Positions 10,207 through 20,151 of a DNA stretch of 64,000 nt are shown here, one piece after another (positions within the stretch are counted from its first letter, which is position 1; each line of letters opens with the position of its first letter). Origin of the DNA: a phage; the sequence record PX915678.1; one strand, given 5' to 3'. A program made the translations under genes and the position numbers. Below the pieces are notes generated by a model. The model saw only the letters and a list, made by a program, of their open reading frames with translations. It was not told the origin of the DNA and ran no database searches.

Positions 10207-10893
10207 TTAAAAGTCGTGGGTAGAATCAGCTTCAAGAGCTACTACATAATTCGCGTGTTCACCTTCAAATTTAGCAGCACCCTGTTTACCTTTTGCCCAG
10301 AGCAGAAGTTTATAATTTCCTGGTTGCATTTTCATATTTGCCATATTGATAATGAAATTAAATGTATTTTCACCATCATAATCACCAAGAGTCAAAGAAT
10401 ATTTAACGCGAGTCAAAGCAGAATCTTCTACTTTATTAAAACCATTAATTACGATTTTACCTTCTTTTACTGTGATAGCAATTGTATCAATCTGCAGACC
10501 ACGAGATACACGCAACAGTTGTTGAAGGTCTTCAGCTTTAATTTCAGTAACAACAGATGCTACCGGGAATGGAATTGGTTTATTAGGAGCAACTACTGTA
10601 CTCGGATCGGCTGCTGGCCAAAAAATTGTTGAACGAGCATCAGCAATTTTAATATTTCCATCTTCTGACTGGGAAATTTCTGCATCGTCATTAACTAGAG
10701 ACAGAATACCGAGAAAACCGTTCAAATCGTAAATTGCTACATCAAAATCAATAGTGTCAGAAATATTTGCTTCTGCATAAGTTGTACCATTAACCGCGCG
10801 AGTCATAATAAATTGACCGGATTTAAGCATAATGCCAGAGTTAATAGTAGCGAAATTTTTGAGCAGAGCAGTAGTATCTTTAGACAGTTTCAT
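10207..10893 (-). CDS. 45: Sliding clamp gp45
   Basis: 228-aa ORF; matches T4 gp45 as recalled. Confidence 0.93.
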   Translation of the reverse strand: MKLSKDTTALLKNFATINSGIMLKSGQFIMTRAVNGTTYAEANISDTIDFDVAIYDLNGFLGILSLVNDDAEISQSEDGNIKIADARSTIFWPAADPSTVVAPNKPIPFPVASVVTEIKAEDLQQLLRVSRGLQIDTIAITVKEGKIVINGFNKVEDSALTRVKYSLTLGDYDGENTFNFIINMANMKMQPGNYKLLLWAKGKQGAAKFEGEHANYVVALEADSTHDF

Positions 10894-10920
10894 GTAATTT
10901 CCTTCAATTCAAATGGGATT

Positions 10921-10948
10921 TAATTTTATAACTAATTTAATAAAGCAA
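10921..10948 (-). promoter_or_regulatory. MotA-dependent middle promoter upstream of gene 45
   Basis: Minus strand TTGCTTTA, 12 nt, TAAAAT, abutting the rpbA stop. Confidence 0.5.
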
Positions 10949-11338
10949 TTAACGATTAAAATCGGCAGCAATTGTTTCCGCAACAAGTTGAGCAGCAACA
11001 ATTAGGCGTTCATCTGCATTACCGCAATAATCGTCTTCAAGGCGTTCACCACATGAAGTCATAATAAATTTAGCACCAGCATTTAAAGATTCTGTCGTAT
11101 GTTTGCGCATTAGTTCAATCCATTTATTACTTACTTCACGATCGATAGCTTCATAATACGCATGACGAGCAGGTGCAGATTTAATTTTGTTCTGAATAAC
11201 TTCCATCGCGTTATCAGAAAGAGACAAAACCCATGCTCGACGAATTTTATTTTGGTTTTGTGGATTTGAATCAGAACGCACGTGTTTTGGCTGAATATCT
11301 TTTACATCAACAGTATAATTCACAGTAATTTTAGTCAT
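10949..11338 (-). CDS. rpbA: RNA polymerase-binding protein RpbA
   Basis: 129-aa ORF upstream of 45; T4 synteny and length. Confidence 0.7.
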   Translation of the reverse strand: MTKITVNYTVDVKDIQPKHVRSDSNPQNQNKIRRAWVLSLSDNAMEVIQNKIKSAPARHAYYEAIDREVSNKWIELMRKHTTESLNAGAKFIMTSCGERLEDDYCGNADERLIVAAQLVAETIAADFNR

Positions 11339-11347
11339 AATACACCT

Positions 11348-11536
11348 TTAGTCATAATAATCAGTAACAGTCCAAGCTTCATTTCTGTTGGACATTATTT
11401 TCGTATATTCTGCTTTAAATGCATTCTTAAGCATAGATTCAGTAACTATATGCTCTTCATTAGAAAAATTATTTCTCAGAATATATCGTTTTATTTCAGG
11501 AATAGTTAATAGATGCTGTCCAGTTGAATATTCCAT
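11348..11536 (-). CDS. Hypothetical protein (T4 45.2 position)
   Basis: 62-aa ORF between 46 and rpbA. Confidence 0.5.
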   Translation of the reverse strand: MEYSTGQHLLTIPEIKRYILRNNFSNEEHIVTESMLKNAFKAEYTKIMSNRNEAWTVTDYYD

Positions 11537-11591
11537 GTTTTTCCTCCATAGAGATTATACTCTAATAAATTAAAGCATAATCTCTTATAAA

Positions 11592-13274
11592 TTAAACCAT
11601 TACAGTAAATCGACCAACTTTCTTCATTTGAAGATGCTGACCATATGCTTGTGGGTCGTGGTCTCTATGTGAAATAACAAAAACATTAGTATTTTTTAAA
11701 CTATCTAAAATAGTTGAAATAGCTTTTACACCTTCAACATCGGTTGCTGAATCAAAAACTTCATCGAGAATTAGTGTGTTTATTTTAACACCTGAAACTT
11801 TTTCAGCAATATCACGCCAAGTAAATAGAAGAGCAATATCAATTCGTGCTTTTTCGCCTTGACTGAATGAAGCATAACTAAAATCTTCACGACCGCGGGA
11901 TTTAATTGTCTCATTAAATTCTTCATCTAATGTAAACACATAATCCGCTTCCATTATTTTAAGATAATGGTTAATCTGCTTATTAAATAATGGAATGTAC
12001 TTTTTAATAATAGCACCTTTAATACCAGAATCTTTGAGCATATCAGTCAAAATTCCTCTGTGGTATTTTTCCATTACTAAATTAGTTTTTGTCTTAACAA
12101 TTTTATCAAGTTCTTCTTGAAGCAGTGCTATTTCATCAGCATGGTCAATAAACTCAGATGATGCTTTTTCTATAGCTGCTTTAACTTTTTTAGCTTTATC
12201 TACAGTCGTGATTAGAGATTGCTTTTTATTGCGAATATCATTCGCCAACGTCTGCTGGGTTTTAATATTATCTCGGTATTCATCAACGAGAACTTTTAAA
12301 TTATCACGATGTGTTGAAAGCTGTTCAAACGAATGCGTGCATTCAGAAACTTTATCTTTAATTTTAGAAACAACTTTATCACCGGAACTTAATTGTGACA
12401 AACAGGTTGGACATAATCCACCTTCGTGATACATATTAATGACTTTATTATACGAGTCAATTTTTGATTTAATTAAAAATGCTTCTTGGCCGATTTTATT
12501 AAATGCATCAGTCGGGTCTTCATCCAAAACAATATTAACTAATCTTTCATTAGCTTCTTCTATTTCCGATTTTAGCGTTCTAGCTTCTTTTGCCAAATCA
12601 TCATACATATTCTGTAGACGAGTAAGGTTATCACCAGTTAATTTTTTCTGGCGTTCAACGTTATCATTATATATTTTAATTTGTTGGATAATACTATCTT
12701 TTTTAACATCAAGCACTTGGTTTTGTGAATTTAATTCACGTATTAGTGCTTTATTAAGCTTATCCATTTCAGCTAATGTTCCTACCTCGAGCAGGTCTTC
12801 CACAAGCTTTCTTCGTGCAGGGGTCGACAAACCCATGAAAGGGGTATACCCTGCTGTACCAAGGACAACAATCTGCTTGAAACTGGCATATGACATTCCG
12901 ATAAGCTGTTCAAATTCTGCTTGGAAATCTTTACTGCTGGCAGATTCATTAAGACGTGTACCGTTAACGGTGATTTCGAAAACGTTTGGTTTTTGTCCTC
13001 TTTTGATATAGTACTTTTTCTCATCATATTCCATCCACAGTTCAACTAAAAGTTCTTTCTTATTTGTGCTGTTTATTAATTGACCTTTCTTTACATCACG
13101 AAATGGCTTGCCAAAAAGCCCAAATGTGATGGCTTCTAACATAGTAGACTTACCACCGCCATTTCGTCCAGTAATAAGAGTTTTTTGAACCTTATCTAGT
13201 TGAATGTCAATAGGATTTCCACCTACTGACATTATATTTTGATACCTAACTCGGTTTAGTTTAAAATTCTTCAC
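11592..13274 (-). CDS. 46: Recombination nuclease subunit gp46 (SbcC/Rad50-like ATPase)
   Basis: 560-aa ORF; Walker A GRNGGGKST, central coiled coil with CxxC hook, Walker B LILDE. Confidence 0.9.
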   Translation of the reverse strand: MKNFKLNRVRYQNIMSVGGNPIDIQLDKVQKTLITGRNGGGKSTMLEAITFGLFGKPFRDVKKGQLINSTNKKELLVELWMEYDEKKYYIKRGQKPNVFEITVNGTRLNESASSKDFQAEFEQLIGMSYASFKQIVVLGTAGYTPFMGLSTPARRKLVEDLLEVGTLAEMDKLNKALIRELNSQNQVLDVKKDSIIQQIKIYNDNVERQKKLTGDNLTRLQNMYDDLAKEARTLKSEIEEANERLVNIVLDEDPTDAFNKIGQEAFLIKSKIDSYNKVINMYHEGGLCPTCLSQLSSGDKVVSKIKDKVSECTHSFEQLSTHRDNLKVLVDEYRDNIKTQQTLANDIRNKKQSLITTVDKAKKVKAAIEKASSEFIDHADEIALLQEELDKIVKTKTNLVMEKYHRGILTDMLKDSGIKGAIIKKYIPLFNKQINHYLKIMEADYVFTLDEEFNETIKSRGREDFSYASFSQGEKARIDIALLFTWRDIAEKVSGVKINTLILDEVFDSATDVEGVKAISTILDSLKNTNVFVISHRDHDPQAYGQHLQMKKVGRFTVMV

Positions 13275-13534
13275 AAAAGATTCCTTTTAATGTATCTTTT
13301 AGACCATTCTATCATATCATCATAATCTAAAAAGTATTCATCAAATTCAGCCATGCAAACAACACCTTGCGCTGCTTTTGATGTGATATAAATTATTCCA
13401 ACATATCTAGAATCTTCTTCGGTGTAATCAATATTTGCTATGAATTCATCGTTAATGTCAAATGTCGAAAACTTCACAATATGCATCCTTAATACAAGAT
13501 ACAGCCATATCTTGTAATGATTTAGGTGTGTCAT
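13271..13534 (-). CDS. Hypothetical protein; start uncertain
   Basis: ORF whose stop overlaps the gp46 start (ATGA); overlaps the next ORF by 77 nt in another frame. Confidence 0.35.
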   Translation of the reverse strand: MTHLNHYKIWLYLVLRMHIVKFSTFDINDEFIANIDYTEEDSRYVGIIYITSKAAQGVVCMAEFDEYFLDYDDMIEWSKRYIKRNLL

Positions 13535-13721
13535 TATCTAAAATGTTGAAGTTAAAAGATACAGCCCAATCAGTGCAGACCGTAACCTTTTTAATACAAT
13601 TATCTTCAACCTCTAGCGGTTCAAACCAATATTCAATAATTTCTTTATGCCCAATATCATCTTTTACTTCGCATTCAAAATGCTGACTCATCATAGCATT
13701 TTTAAATTCATCAAAAGTCAT
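13458..13721 (-). CDS. Hypothetical Cys-containing protein
   Basis: 87-aa ORF starting at an ATGA overlap with the gp47 stop. Confidence 0.4.
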   Translation of the reverse strand: MTFDEFKNAMMSQHFECEVKDDIGHKEIIEYWFEPLEVEDNCIKKVTVCTDWAVSFNFNILDNDTPKSLQDMAVSCIKDAYCEVFDI

Positions 13722-14737
13722 TGTGTTGCCTCTACATATAGCTGATTTGCATATTGAATAAGTGCTTCGCGATCAGAATCAGTGATGTCTGGAATTGCAT
13801 TAATGTATTCTTCCATCAACGTCTGAAGAGATTGAACTTCAACTTCTTCACTATCATCTGACTCAACAGAGTTATCAATCTTTGACACAACTCGTAATGA
13901 ATGCACAACTTTTTCTAGTTCAGATTCGAACTTCGTTAGATTTTTGTCTACTTCAGTTACTATAACACGCACTGATAGATTTGTAAAATCTTTATAGTCA
14001 ATTTTTCCCTTAAATGGATATTGAATTCGACGATGCCAGGTAGTGTTGTTTGGAATAAATTCCATTCGTTCTGTTTCTGTATCAAACATCCAGAACCCGC
14101 GAGGGTCATTCTCGTCACCCGCAGTTAGTGTCCATGGTGTCCCAATATATCTGACATTAGCAGCCTCAGAGATAGTATGGAAGTGACCAGACCACACCTC
14201 TTTATAAGTCTTAAGGAAATCAGGTTCAAGACCGTGAGATTTCATTCCTTTATAAAAATAAAATCCATTCAGTTCCCAGTGACCAACACAAAAAGAAGCA
14301 GATGAAGTTTTGATGTGTTCAAGAATTTCACCAGTATTTTCTTCACACATCCAAGGAATTAAATCAATCAAACATCCGTCAAAATCTACTGTAGTAGGCT
14401 TATCATATACTTTAACATTAGGATATTTAGCCAAAAGCTCAGTAGAAGCATTTGGAGTTAAAGTATTTTTAAAGTGCATATCATGGTTTCCTACAACAGT
14501 ATGTAGGGTAATACCAGCATCATCAAGCATTTGAACTATTTCACGAGCGAACTCCATAGTTTTATGTGTGATTGCTTTTCGCACATCAAAAATATCGCCG
14601 TATTGAATCCATGTAGTAATTCCATTTTTCTTAGAATATTCTATTGCTTGTTTAATTCCATCCAACTGAATGGATTGAACCCACTCATCATCGGCTTTAA
14701 CACCTAAATGCCAATCACCTAAATTTAAAATTTTCAT
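13718..14737 (-). CDS. 47: Recombination nuclease subunit gp47 (Mre11-like phosphoesterase)
   Basis: 339-aa ORF; metallophosphatase motifs (DWHLG, GDIFD, GNHD). Confidence 0.9.
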   Translation of the reverse strand: MKILNLGDWHLGVKADDEWVQSIQLDGIKQAIEYSKKNGITTWIQYGDIFDVRKAITHKTMEFAREIVQMLDDAGITLHTVVGNHDMHFKNTLTPNASTELLAKYPNVKVYDKPTTVDFDGCLIDLIPWMCEENTGEILEHIKTSSASFCVGHWELNGFYFYKGMKSHGLEPDFLKTYKEVWSGHFHTISEAANVRYIGTPWTLTAGDENDPRGFWMFDTETERMEFIPNNTTWHRRIQYPFKGKIDYKDFTNLSVRVIVTEVDKNLTKFESELEKVVHSLRVVSKIDNSVESDDSEEVEVQSLQTLMEEYINAIPDITDSDREALIQYANQLYVEATQ

Positions 14738-14895
14738 ATATCAAGAACCGTCATTGAAATGCAAAATAAAATTATTGAAATAAATCCATCTGGAGTGCTA
14801 AAGAACCCAATCCAACATGCTCTAGTGAATAGATAAAATGCGAGAAAAAGTATCACATATCCAAGAAATATCATTATATCAAACTCCGTATAAAG

Positions 14896-14916
14896 CTAAA
14901 GGGCCGAAGCCCTTTA
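14896..14916 (-). terminator. UUCG-tetraloop hairpin after agt
   Basis: AAAGGGCUUCGGCCCUUU overlapping the agt stop codon. Confidence 0.5.
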
Positions 14917-16116
14917 TTTTGTAATAATGTCAAACTGTTCTTTAAAGCAGAAGCTTGAATCTTGATGCTGATACAAAAATTCATAAGCTTTTTCGCGTTC
15001 ACGGTCATAAAGATTTCGGTCAGATGACAGTTCTTTAATACGCTCAAATGTTGATTCCATGTCATTTTCATCAAACCAAACGATACCGCTATCATGAGAA
15101 ATTAACGGAGTATTATCAACACGGAATTTTAAATTTTCGCCAGTAGATTTCCAAAATACTGGAATTGTTCCACACGCACCAAGCTCGAGATGAGTATATT
15201 CTAAAGAACGTTGTAGATATTTTTTATCCAACTTACTCAACTGATAACCAAATCCGGATTTACTCATACGTTCAAGCATTTCGCTATTTACATAACGGTC
15301 AAGAATTTGCGTTGGCAAATTAGGAGCAATTTTAATTTGGTCTACTTGATGAAGACGATAATACTCGTATGGAATTCCTTTTTCTTTAATAGGAATGAAC
15401 GCTGGAGAACGTTCCAGACCTTCCATAATAGTACTTAATCCAGCAGGTTTAAGATGTTTTTCGTGAAAATCAAACATCTGATAAAAACCTTTCCATGTAG
15501 TCGTACGACCGATCCAACGGTTGACATTCATATTAATTTCAGAAACATCTTTCCAGTAGGTTGATCGAACCTTCGCAATATCCATAGGAGGCTGAAAGTT
15601 GTATACAGTCGGTGCTTCTTCAATATCATCAAACAGAGAAACTGTTTCTGGATACCATTCTTTCATCAGAACTTTATTAAAATCACCATTATCAGAATGA
15701 CTAAAAATAACATCAGCTCGGCGAACAGTTTCTTCTAATCCCAAATTTCGACGCAAAGAAAGAGAAGAATGGTCATGTTGATAAACTACAACACGAACCG
15801 AAGGTTTAATGTTATCAATAATTTTTTTATAGTTATTAATAGTGTCTTCTTCGACTGAAGTAGCAGGAACTGAATTGATAATTAGAATATCACAATCATT
15901 TACCAGCTTAAGTGTTTTATCGTATTCTTTTGCCAATAAAACCGGAATTGAAAATGATTTATAATCATGCGCGCAATTACGGGTAAATGATTTATCTTTA
16001 GCATAAACCAAAGTTACTTCATGACCATTTTTAATAAACCAATCACGTTGCTCAAGAGAAAATTTAGTTACGCCACAACCTTCAAGACCTCGAGCCATAA
16101 AAATGCATACTTTCAT
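14914..16116 (-). CDS. agt: DNA alpha-glucosyltransferase
   Basis: 400-aa ORF; sequence matches T4 alpha-gt as recalled; position between 47 and 55. Confidence 0.88.
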   Translation of the reverse strand: MKVCIFMARGLEGCGVTKFSLEQRDWFIKNGHEVTLVYAKDKSFTRNCAHDYKSFSIPVLLAKEYDKTLKLVNDCDILIINSVPATSVEEDTINNYKKIIDNIKPSVRVVVYQHDHSSLSLRRNLGLEETVRRADVIFSHSDNGDFNKVLMKEWYPETVSLFDDIEEAPTVYNFQPPMDIAKVRSTYWKDVSEINMNVNRWIGRTTTWKGFYQMFDFHEKHLKPAGLSTIMEGLERSPAFIPIKEKGIPYEYYRLHQVDQIKIAPNLPTQILDRYVNSEMLERMSKSGFGYQLSKLDKKYLQRSLEYTHLELGACGTIPVFWKSTGENLKFRVDNTPLISHDSGIVWFDENDMESTFERIKELSSDRNLYDREREKAYEFLYQHQDSSFCFKEQFDIITK

Positions 16117-16165
16117 TTAATATCCTCATTGTTTTGGTTTATTTTACCAAAAATTTATAAAGCAA

Positions 16166-16188
16166 TATAGGAGCCGAAGCTCCTATCC
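16166..16188 (-). terminator. UUCG-tetraloop hairpin
   Basis: AGGAGCUUCGGCUCCU overlapping the stop of the 57-aa ORF. Confidence 0.45.
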
Positions 16189-16356
16189 GCATAATACACC
16201 ATACAGAGGCTCATTAGAGCTTCTAAATTTTATACGTTTATGTGTTATAGTTCCTTCTGCTTTAGCTTTATCATGAGACTCTTTAAAGCGCCTCATCATT
16301 TCTACTTTAGAGGAACGAATTTTATTATAATCTATTTCACAAGTCTGGGCGTTCAT
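16183..16356 (-). CDS. Hypothetical 57-aa protein (below track threshold)
   Basis: ATG 16354-16356 four nt after the upstream stop; ends inside a UUCG hairpin; MNAQTCEIDYNKIRSS... Confidence 0.35.
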   Translation of the reverse strand: MNAQTCEIDYNKIRSSKVEMMRRFKESHDKAKAEGTITHKRIKFRSSNEPLYGVLCG

Positions 16357-16359
16357 CTT

Positions 16360-16566
16360 TCACAGTTGCCACCATTTTTTAACTTGATAAGAATCAACCC
16401 ACACTTTCATATTAGGGTCTGCTCTTACAATAGGAGGATTAACTTCTTTAATTGAACTATCATGGTATTCTTTTTCAGAAATTTTCACACAAAGATGACC
16501 ATTCAAAGATTCAGTAAATCCTGCATTAATTTTAAGACGCTTGAATTTTACGTGTGTAAGCATCAA
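16360..16566 (-). CDS. Hypothetical protein
   Basis: 68-aa ORF in co-directional gene string downstream of 55. Confidence 0.45.
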   Translation of the reverse strand: MMLTHVKFKRLKINAGFTESLNGHLCVKISEKEYHDSSIKEVNPPIVRADPNMKVWVDSYQVKKWWQL

Positions 16567-16849
16567 TCATATCCTCAATCTGCGATCTAGTAGTCTTCCA
16601 AAGAATACTAATGAGTTCATCGTTATATGGCTGTTTTAGAATATCCCGACTTTTCTTGATAGCATATTCGTATTGAGCAAAATTATTGTTTTCAGCTGCA
16701 ATCTGAGCGTGCTTATAAAGACGGTTCAGTTCGCGTTTATTTTTAGACAATAACTTATTTGCTTTTCTTTCTGCTTCAAGACGGTTCTTTTCTTCAATAG
16801 AAGAAATAAGCTTTTCCACTTCATCATTAATTTCGGGTTTATCAGTCAT
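16532..16849 (-). CDS. Hypothetical coiled-coil protein
   Basis: 105-aa ORF rich in K/E/R/L heptads. Confidence 0.5.
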   Translation of the reverse strand: MTDKPEINDEVEKLISSIEEKNRLEAERKANKLLSKNKRELNRLYKHAQIAAENNNFAQYEYAIKKSRDILKQPYNDELISILWKTTRSQIEDMIDAYTRKIQAS

Positions 16850-16850
16850 A

Positions 16851-17069
16851 TTATTTCTCTAATATAAAATAAAAATCATCATCTGTTAAATGATACCGAT
16901 AGTTTAATTCTACACCATTAGATTTAAAAGCGGTATCATACGGATTTTCTGGATCAATATCAATGTCAAGAGCTAAAACTTCCCTGAGATACATTTTAAG
17001 TAAATAGGGAATAGCTTCAACTTCAGGTATTTCTTCCAAGAATCCGGAGAGGTTAATCGTTAGCCTCAT
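16851..17069 (-). CDS. Hypothetical protein
   Basis: 72-aa ORF immediately downstream of 55. Confidence 0.5.
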
Positions 17070-17610
17070 ATAAAAAATCCAAACTAGGAGAATCGTCTAC
17101 AACACTTTTCTTTTCAGCCCCCGGTGTTCTATAGGTTGATTCTTCGTAATGCGTCATTTTATCGTAGATGTCTTGAATAAAAGTTTCATCTACTAACGCA
17201 ACCATATCGTCGTCACGACTGTCATAGACATTGTGAACGAAGTAACTGTATTTCTTTGCAACTTCCTTACGTTCTTTTTTAATACGTTGGACGAATGCAT
17301 TAAAACAAGCTTGAGTTATATATGCATGTGGGTTTTTATATTTCGTTTCATCAAAATTATGAAGCCCCTTAATAGAAGCTTCTATACCATCTGCAATCAT
17401 TTCTTGTTTCCAGGATTGGGTGTATCCTGAAAAGTTGAAACGTTTAGATAAGCCTTCTGCAATAAGCATAATGGCTAATCCGATAGTATCATTCTGACGA
17501 ACTACTTTATTTGGGTCTTTATTATTTGCTAATTCTGTTTTCCAATCAATAATAGCTTGTAAAAGCTCTTTATTGTTTACGTAATTATATTTAGGCTTAG
17601 TTTCTGACAT
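17053..17610 (-). CDS. 55: Late sigma factor gp55
   Basis: 185 aa from [17 protein letters not shown], matching T4 gp55 as recalled; track ORF adds 2 codons. Confidence 0.9.
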
Positions 17611-17688
17611 TTTCACCTCTTAGCTCAATTCATAGATCTATTATATCATAATATTTGAAGATCTATCTTAAAGCATAGAGGATATCAG

Positions 17689-17958
17689 TTATCTAAGTAA
17701 GCAGTATGCTTGGAACACTTTTTCCATCATCTTTTTAAATTCATGAATATCTATATAATGACTAGTTAAATCAGCATGATATAAAAAGTCTAAAAACTTT
17801 TCATGTGTGCTAGCATATTCACTTTCATTTAATTCAGAAACATGGCTTTCCCAATATCCAACACCAGTCTTATTTGGGAAAAATGAAATTTTCATGTATT
17901 GATCAACATAGAAAATGCCATAATTTTCAATAGTAATAGAAATATTAATAAATTTCAT
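17689..17958 (-). CDS. Hypothetical protein
   Basis: 89-aa ORF, stop-start overlap with neighbour. Confidence 0.5.
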   Translation of the reverse strand: MKFINISITIENYGIFYVDQYMKISFFPNKTGVGYWESHVSELNESEYASTHEKFLDFLYHADLTSHYIDIHEFKKMMEKVFQAYCLLR

Positions 17959-18176
17959 GCATTCATCAACTTAGCCGCTTCAAGAGCTGCATCTAGTGAA
18001 TCAAACTGGTCAACGTATTCAATCAATTCGCCATAATTAGCGTATAACCACCATTGGCTAAATTCATACTCAAGGATGAATCCATTTCCTTCAATTTGAG
18101 TTAAACCAATGCCATTTGTATTTACTTCATATCCGGCAAGACGCAAATCGTTAATAAGAGCTTCGTTCATATTCAC
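17955..18176 (-). CDS. Hypothetical acidic protein
   Basis: 73-aa ORF with ATGA-type overlaps at both ends. Confidence 0.5.
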   Translation of the reverse strand: MNMNEALINDLRLAGYEVNTNGIGLTQIEGNGFILEYEFSQWWLYANYGELIEYVDQFDSLDAALEAAKLMNA

Positions 18177-18499
18177 ACCTTAGCAATTTTCAGATCAGCA
18201 AATTTTTTCTTGCGTTGATTTTTCATACGACGAATAGTTTTATCGGAAATTTCATGCTTTTGATAAGCTTTAGATTCTACACCAAAAGCTTTAACATCAA
18301 ATTCTGACAAGATATATTGAACCAACAATTCGCGGACAGTATTGCGTCCAATCTTCTGATCGTTCTGTTTCATCGTCTGATGAAGCTCTTTTTCCCATTT
18401 ATCCAAAATTTGAGGAGTTACAATATCACCTTTTTCTAGCAAAGAAACTACTTTATCATATGCATAAGAATTGATGGCGTTTTTAATTTGAATAGTCAT
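18173..18499 (-). CDS. Hypothetical protein
   Basis: 108-aa ORF; SD GAGGATAATGT before ATG. Confidence 0.55.
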   Translation of the reverse strand: MTIQIKNAINSYAYDKVVSLLEKGDIVTPQILDKWEKELHQTMKQNDQKIGRNTVRELLVQYILSEFDVKAFGVESKAYQKHEISDKTIRRMKNQRKKKFADLKIAKV

Positions 18500-18532
18500 A
18501 CATTATCCTCAATTACATTAAAATTTTATTAT

Positions 18533-18553
18533 CCAAAAAGGGCCGAAGCCCTT
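18533..18553 (-). terminator. Intrinsic terminator (UUCG hairpin plus U-run)
   Basis: Minus strand AAGGGCUUCGGCCCUUUUUGG overlapping the stop of ORF 18552-18752. Confidence 0.65.
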
Positions 18554-18752
18554 AGCTAAACTGTTTGGCACCCTTCCAGCCTTCGTACATCATTGCGGCT
18601 GATATTAATATTGCTCCTGCGCATTTTGAATATTTGTGATTCCAAAACCAGTTCAGAAAAACTTCGTCATCAATACCCTGGGCTATCATATTTTCAAAGA
18701 ACTGGCGACGAGCTTCAGCAATTCGTTGCGATAATTTAGATTCAGGATTCAT
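18552..18752 (-). CDS. Hypothetical protein
   Basis: 66-aa ORF. Confidence 0.5.
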   Translation of the reverse strand: MNPESKLSQRIAEARRQFFENMIAQGIDDEVFLNWFWNHKYSKCAGAILISAAMMYEGWKGAKQFS

Positions 18753-18884
18753 TTAAATTTTCCAATTACCGTTTTCATCAATAAATTTAATCCAGTCATT
18801 TACTGACCACTTGGTCGTATCGCCTTTTGGAGCAACATTTAAAGTGTATAATCCTTGTTTAAAAAGCATGCGTTTGATATTCAT
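18753..18884 (-). CDS. Hypothetical small protein
   Basis: 43 aa from ATG 18882-18884 with SD GAGGAAAAT; track ORF extends to 18968 but overlaps its neighbour. Confidence 0.35.
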   Translation of the reverse strand: MNIKRMLFKQGLYTLNVAPKGDTTKWSVNDWIKFIDENGNWKI

Positions 18885-18891
18885 ATTTTCC

Positions 18892-19185
18892 TCAGCTATA
18901 ACGATAACACTCGTTTGATTTACGCTTAGCAACTCGTTGAGAAGTATTGTAATCAAAATCATCGTCAATGTAAACTGATTTTTTCAACTTTCTTACTTCA
19001 CCACGTAATTGGCGATTTAGCTCATCTTTAACTTCTGAATCAATGCCTTTCATTCTACGCCATTTATCAGAGCGAAAAATGTTTTCGACCATATCTTTAT
19101 GACTTACACCATCAGGAGCTTTACGCTTTCCGAAATAGTCATAATCACGTACTTTTAAATCTTTACGACGATACGTTTTACCCAT
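18892..19185 (-). CDS. Hypothetical basic protein
   Basis: 97 aa from ATG 19183-19185 (SD AAGGAAA); K/R-rich. Confidence 0.5.
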   Translation of the reverse strand: MGKTYRRKDLKVRDYDYFGKRKAPDGVSHKDMVENIFRSDKWRRMKGIDSEVKDELNRQLRGEVRKLKKSVYIDDDFDYNTSQRVAKRKSNECYRYS

Positions 19186-19354
19186 GGAGTTTAATTTCCT
19201 TAGCAACTGAACTAAATACAGCACGATCGCAAATCATCTGTTTATTCCATTTAAGTACAGTATAATGAACATCTAGATCATCTACTGCTGTAACAATAAC
19301 AATATGTCCGTTAACACGATAATACTGATCTCTTTTAATCTCTTTATCAACCAT
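19178..19354 (-). CDS. Hypothetical 58-aa protein (below track threshold)
   Basis: SD TTGAGGATTTGAT-ATG; overlaps the next start by 8 nt; first gene after early promoter at 19383. Confidence 0.45.
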   Translation of the reverse strand: MVDKEIKRDQYYRVNGHIVIVTAVDDLDVHYTVLKWNKQMICDRAVFSSVAKEIKLHG

Positions 19355-19382
19355 ATCAAATCCTCAAAGGCAATTCATATGT

Positions 19383-19416
19383 TAATAATACCACAGTTTG
19401 AACTTGTTGTAAACAA
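19383..19416 (-). promoter_or_regulatory. T4 early promoter
   Basis: Minus strand GTTTACA, 17 nt, TGGTATTAT. Confidence 0.7.
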
Positions 19417-19489
19417 CTTTGTGAAAATTATTTTAGGGAACGATAAGAAGGGAACGATAGCTTAGAATGGTAATATACAGAATGTGAGA

Positions 19490-19510
19490 AAGAAAGGCCC
19501 AGAGGGCCCG
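19490..19510 (-). terminator. Intrinsic terminator after nrdH
   Basis: GGGCCCUCUGGGCC hairpin then UUUCUUUCUC on minus strand. Confidence 0.55.
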
Positions 19511-19512
19511 TC

Positions 19513-19821
19513 TTAATCTTCTATGATATCTCTATCATATCCAAGTGAAATGAGAGTTTCTTTGAAGTGTTTAATATTCTTTTGTCTAGAATCATTGATG
19601 AAAATGACTGGATAACGAATGTTAAGAGATGTGAATCCAGCGCGTTTAGCAAGAGATACAATCAGTGGACGATCATACTCAATCTTACCATTATTTGTAA
19701 GAACTTTATAGAAAGTAAAAGGAGCATTGAGCTCCTTTAGAAGTTTTGTAACTGATTGACATCCAGGACAACGACCTACTTCATCTGGAATTCCATAGAC
19801 TTCAATCTTGTTCTGTTTCAC
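19513..19821 (-). CDS. nrdH: Glutaredoxin-like protein NrdH
   Basis: 102-aa ORF with CPGC redox motif next to nrdG/nrdD. Confidence 0.75.
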   Translation of the reverse strand: MKQNKIEVYGIPDEVGRCPGCQSVTKLLKELNAPFTFYKVLTNNGKIEYDRPLIVSLAKRAGFTSLNIRYPVIFINDSRQKNIKHFKETLISLGYDRDIIED

Positions 19822-19823
19822 AA

Positions 19824-20036
19824 CTATTCCTTACTAAGAGCAGAATTCAGCTTATTAGTAATTTTATCCAGACGCTCATTGAACTCGCTAGAAGACAGTC
19901 CTTTTTCTGGAGAAATCAAACTAATCACGAAAAATATAGCAATAAAAGGAATAAGGAAAATAGCTCCAACTGCCATAAACAGAAAGAATGTTACAGTTGT
20001 AAGAAAATCAGCTAAACCTTTGCGAAATTTATACAT
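19824..20036 (-). CDS. Small membrane protein
   Basis: 70-aa ORF with one long hydrophobic helix. Confidence 0.5.
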   Translation of the reverse strand: MYKFRKGLADFLTTVTFFLFMAVGAIFLIPFIAIFFVISLISPEKGLSSSEFNERLDKITNKLNSALSKE

Positions 20037-20151
20037 ATTTTACCCTTAATTGATTAACCAAGCATTGATAAGCACTAAACTATATTGCGAATAAAATTCT
20101 GGACCAAAATGAAAAATCATATCATTTATAGTGTCCATAATATAATTCAAT

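Noticed and set aside
12439-13011. 190-aa plus-strand ORF (and other plus-strand track ORFs between 1 and 55000, e.g. 6568-6855, 32061-32402, 41183-41469)
   Set aside because: Antisense to strongly supported minus-strand genes (here gp46), no SD, low-complexity Ser/Leu-rich translation; most likely frame artefacts of AT-rich coding DNA.
14874-15095. 73-aa minus-strand ORF
   Set aside because: Lies entirely within the agt coding region in another frame; agt is well supported.
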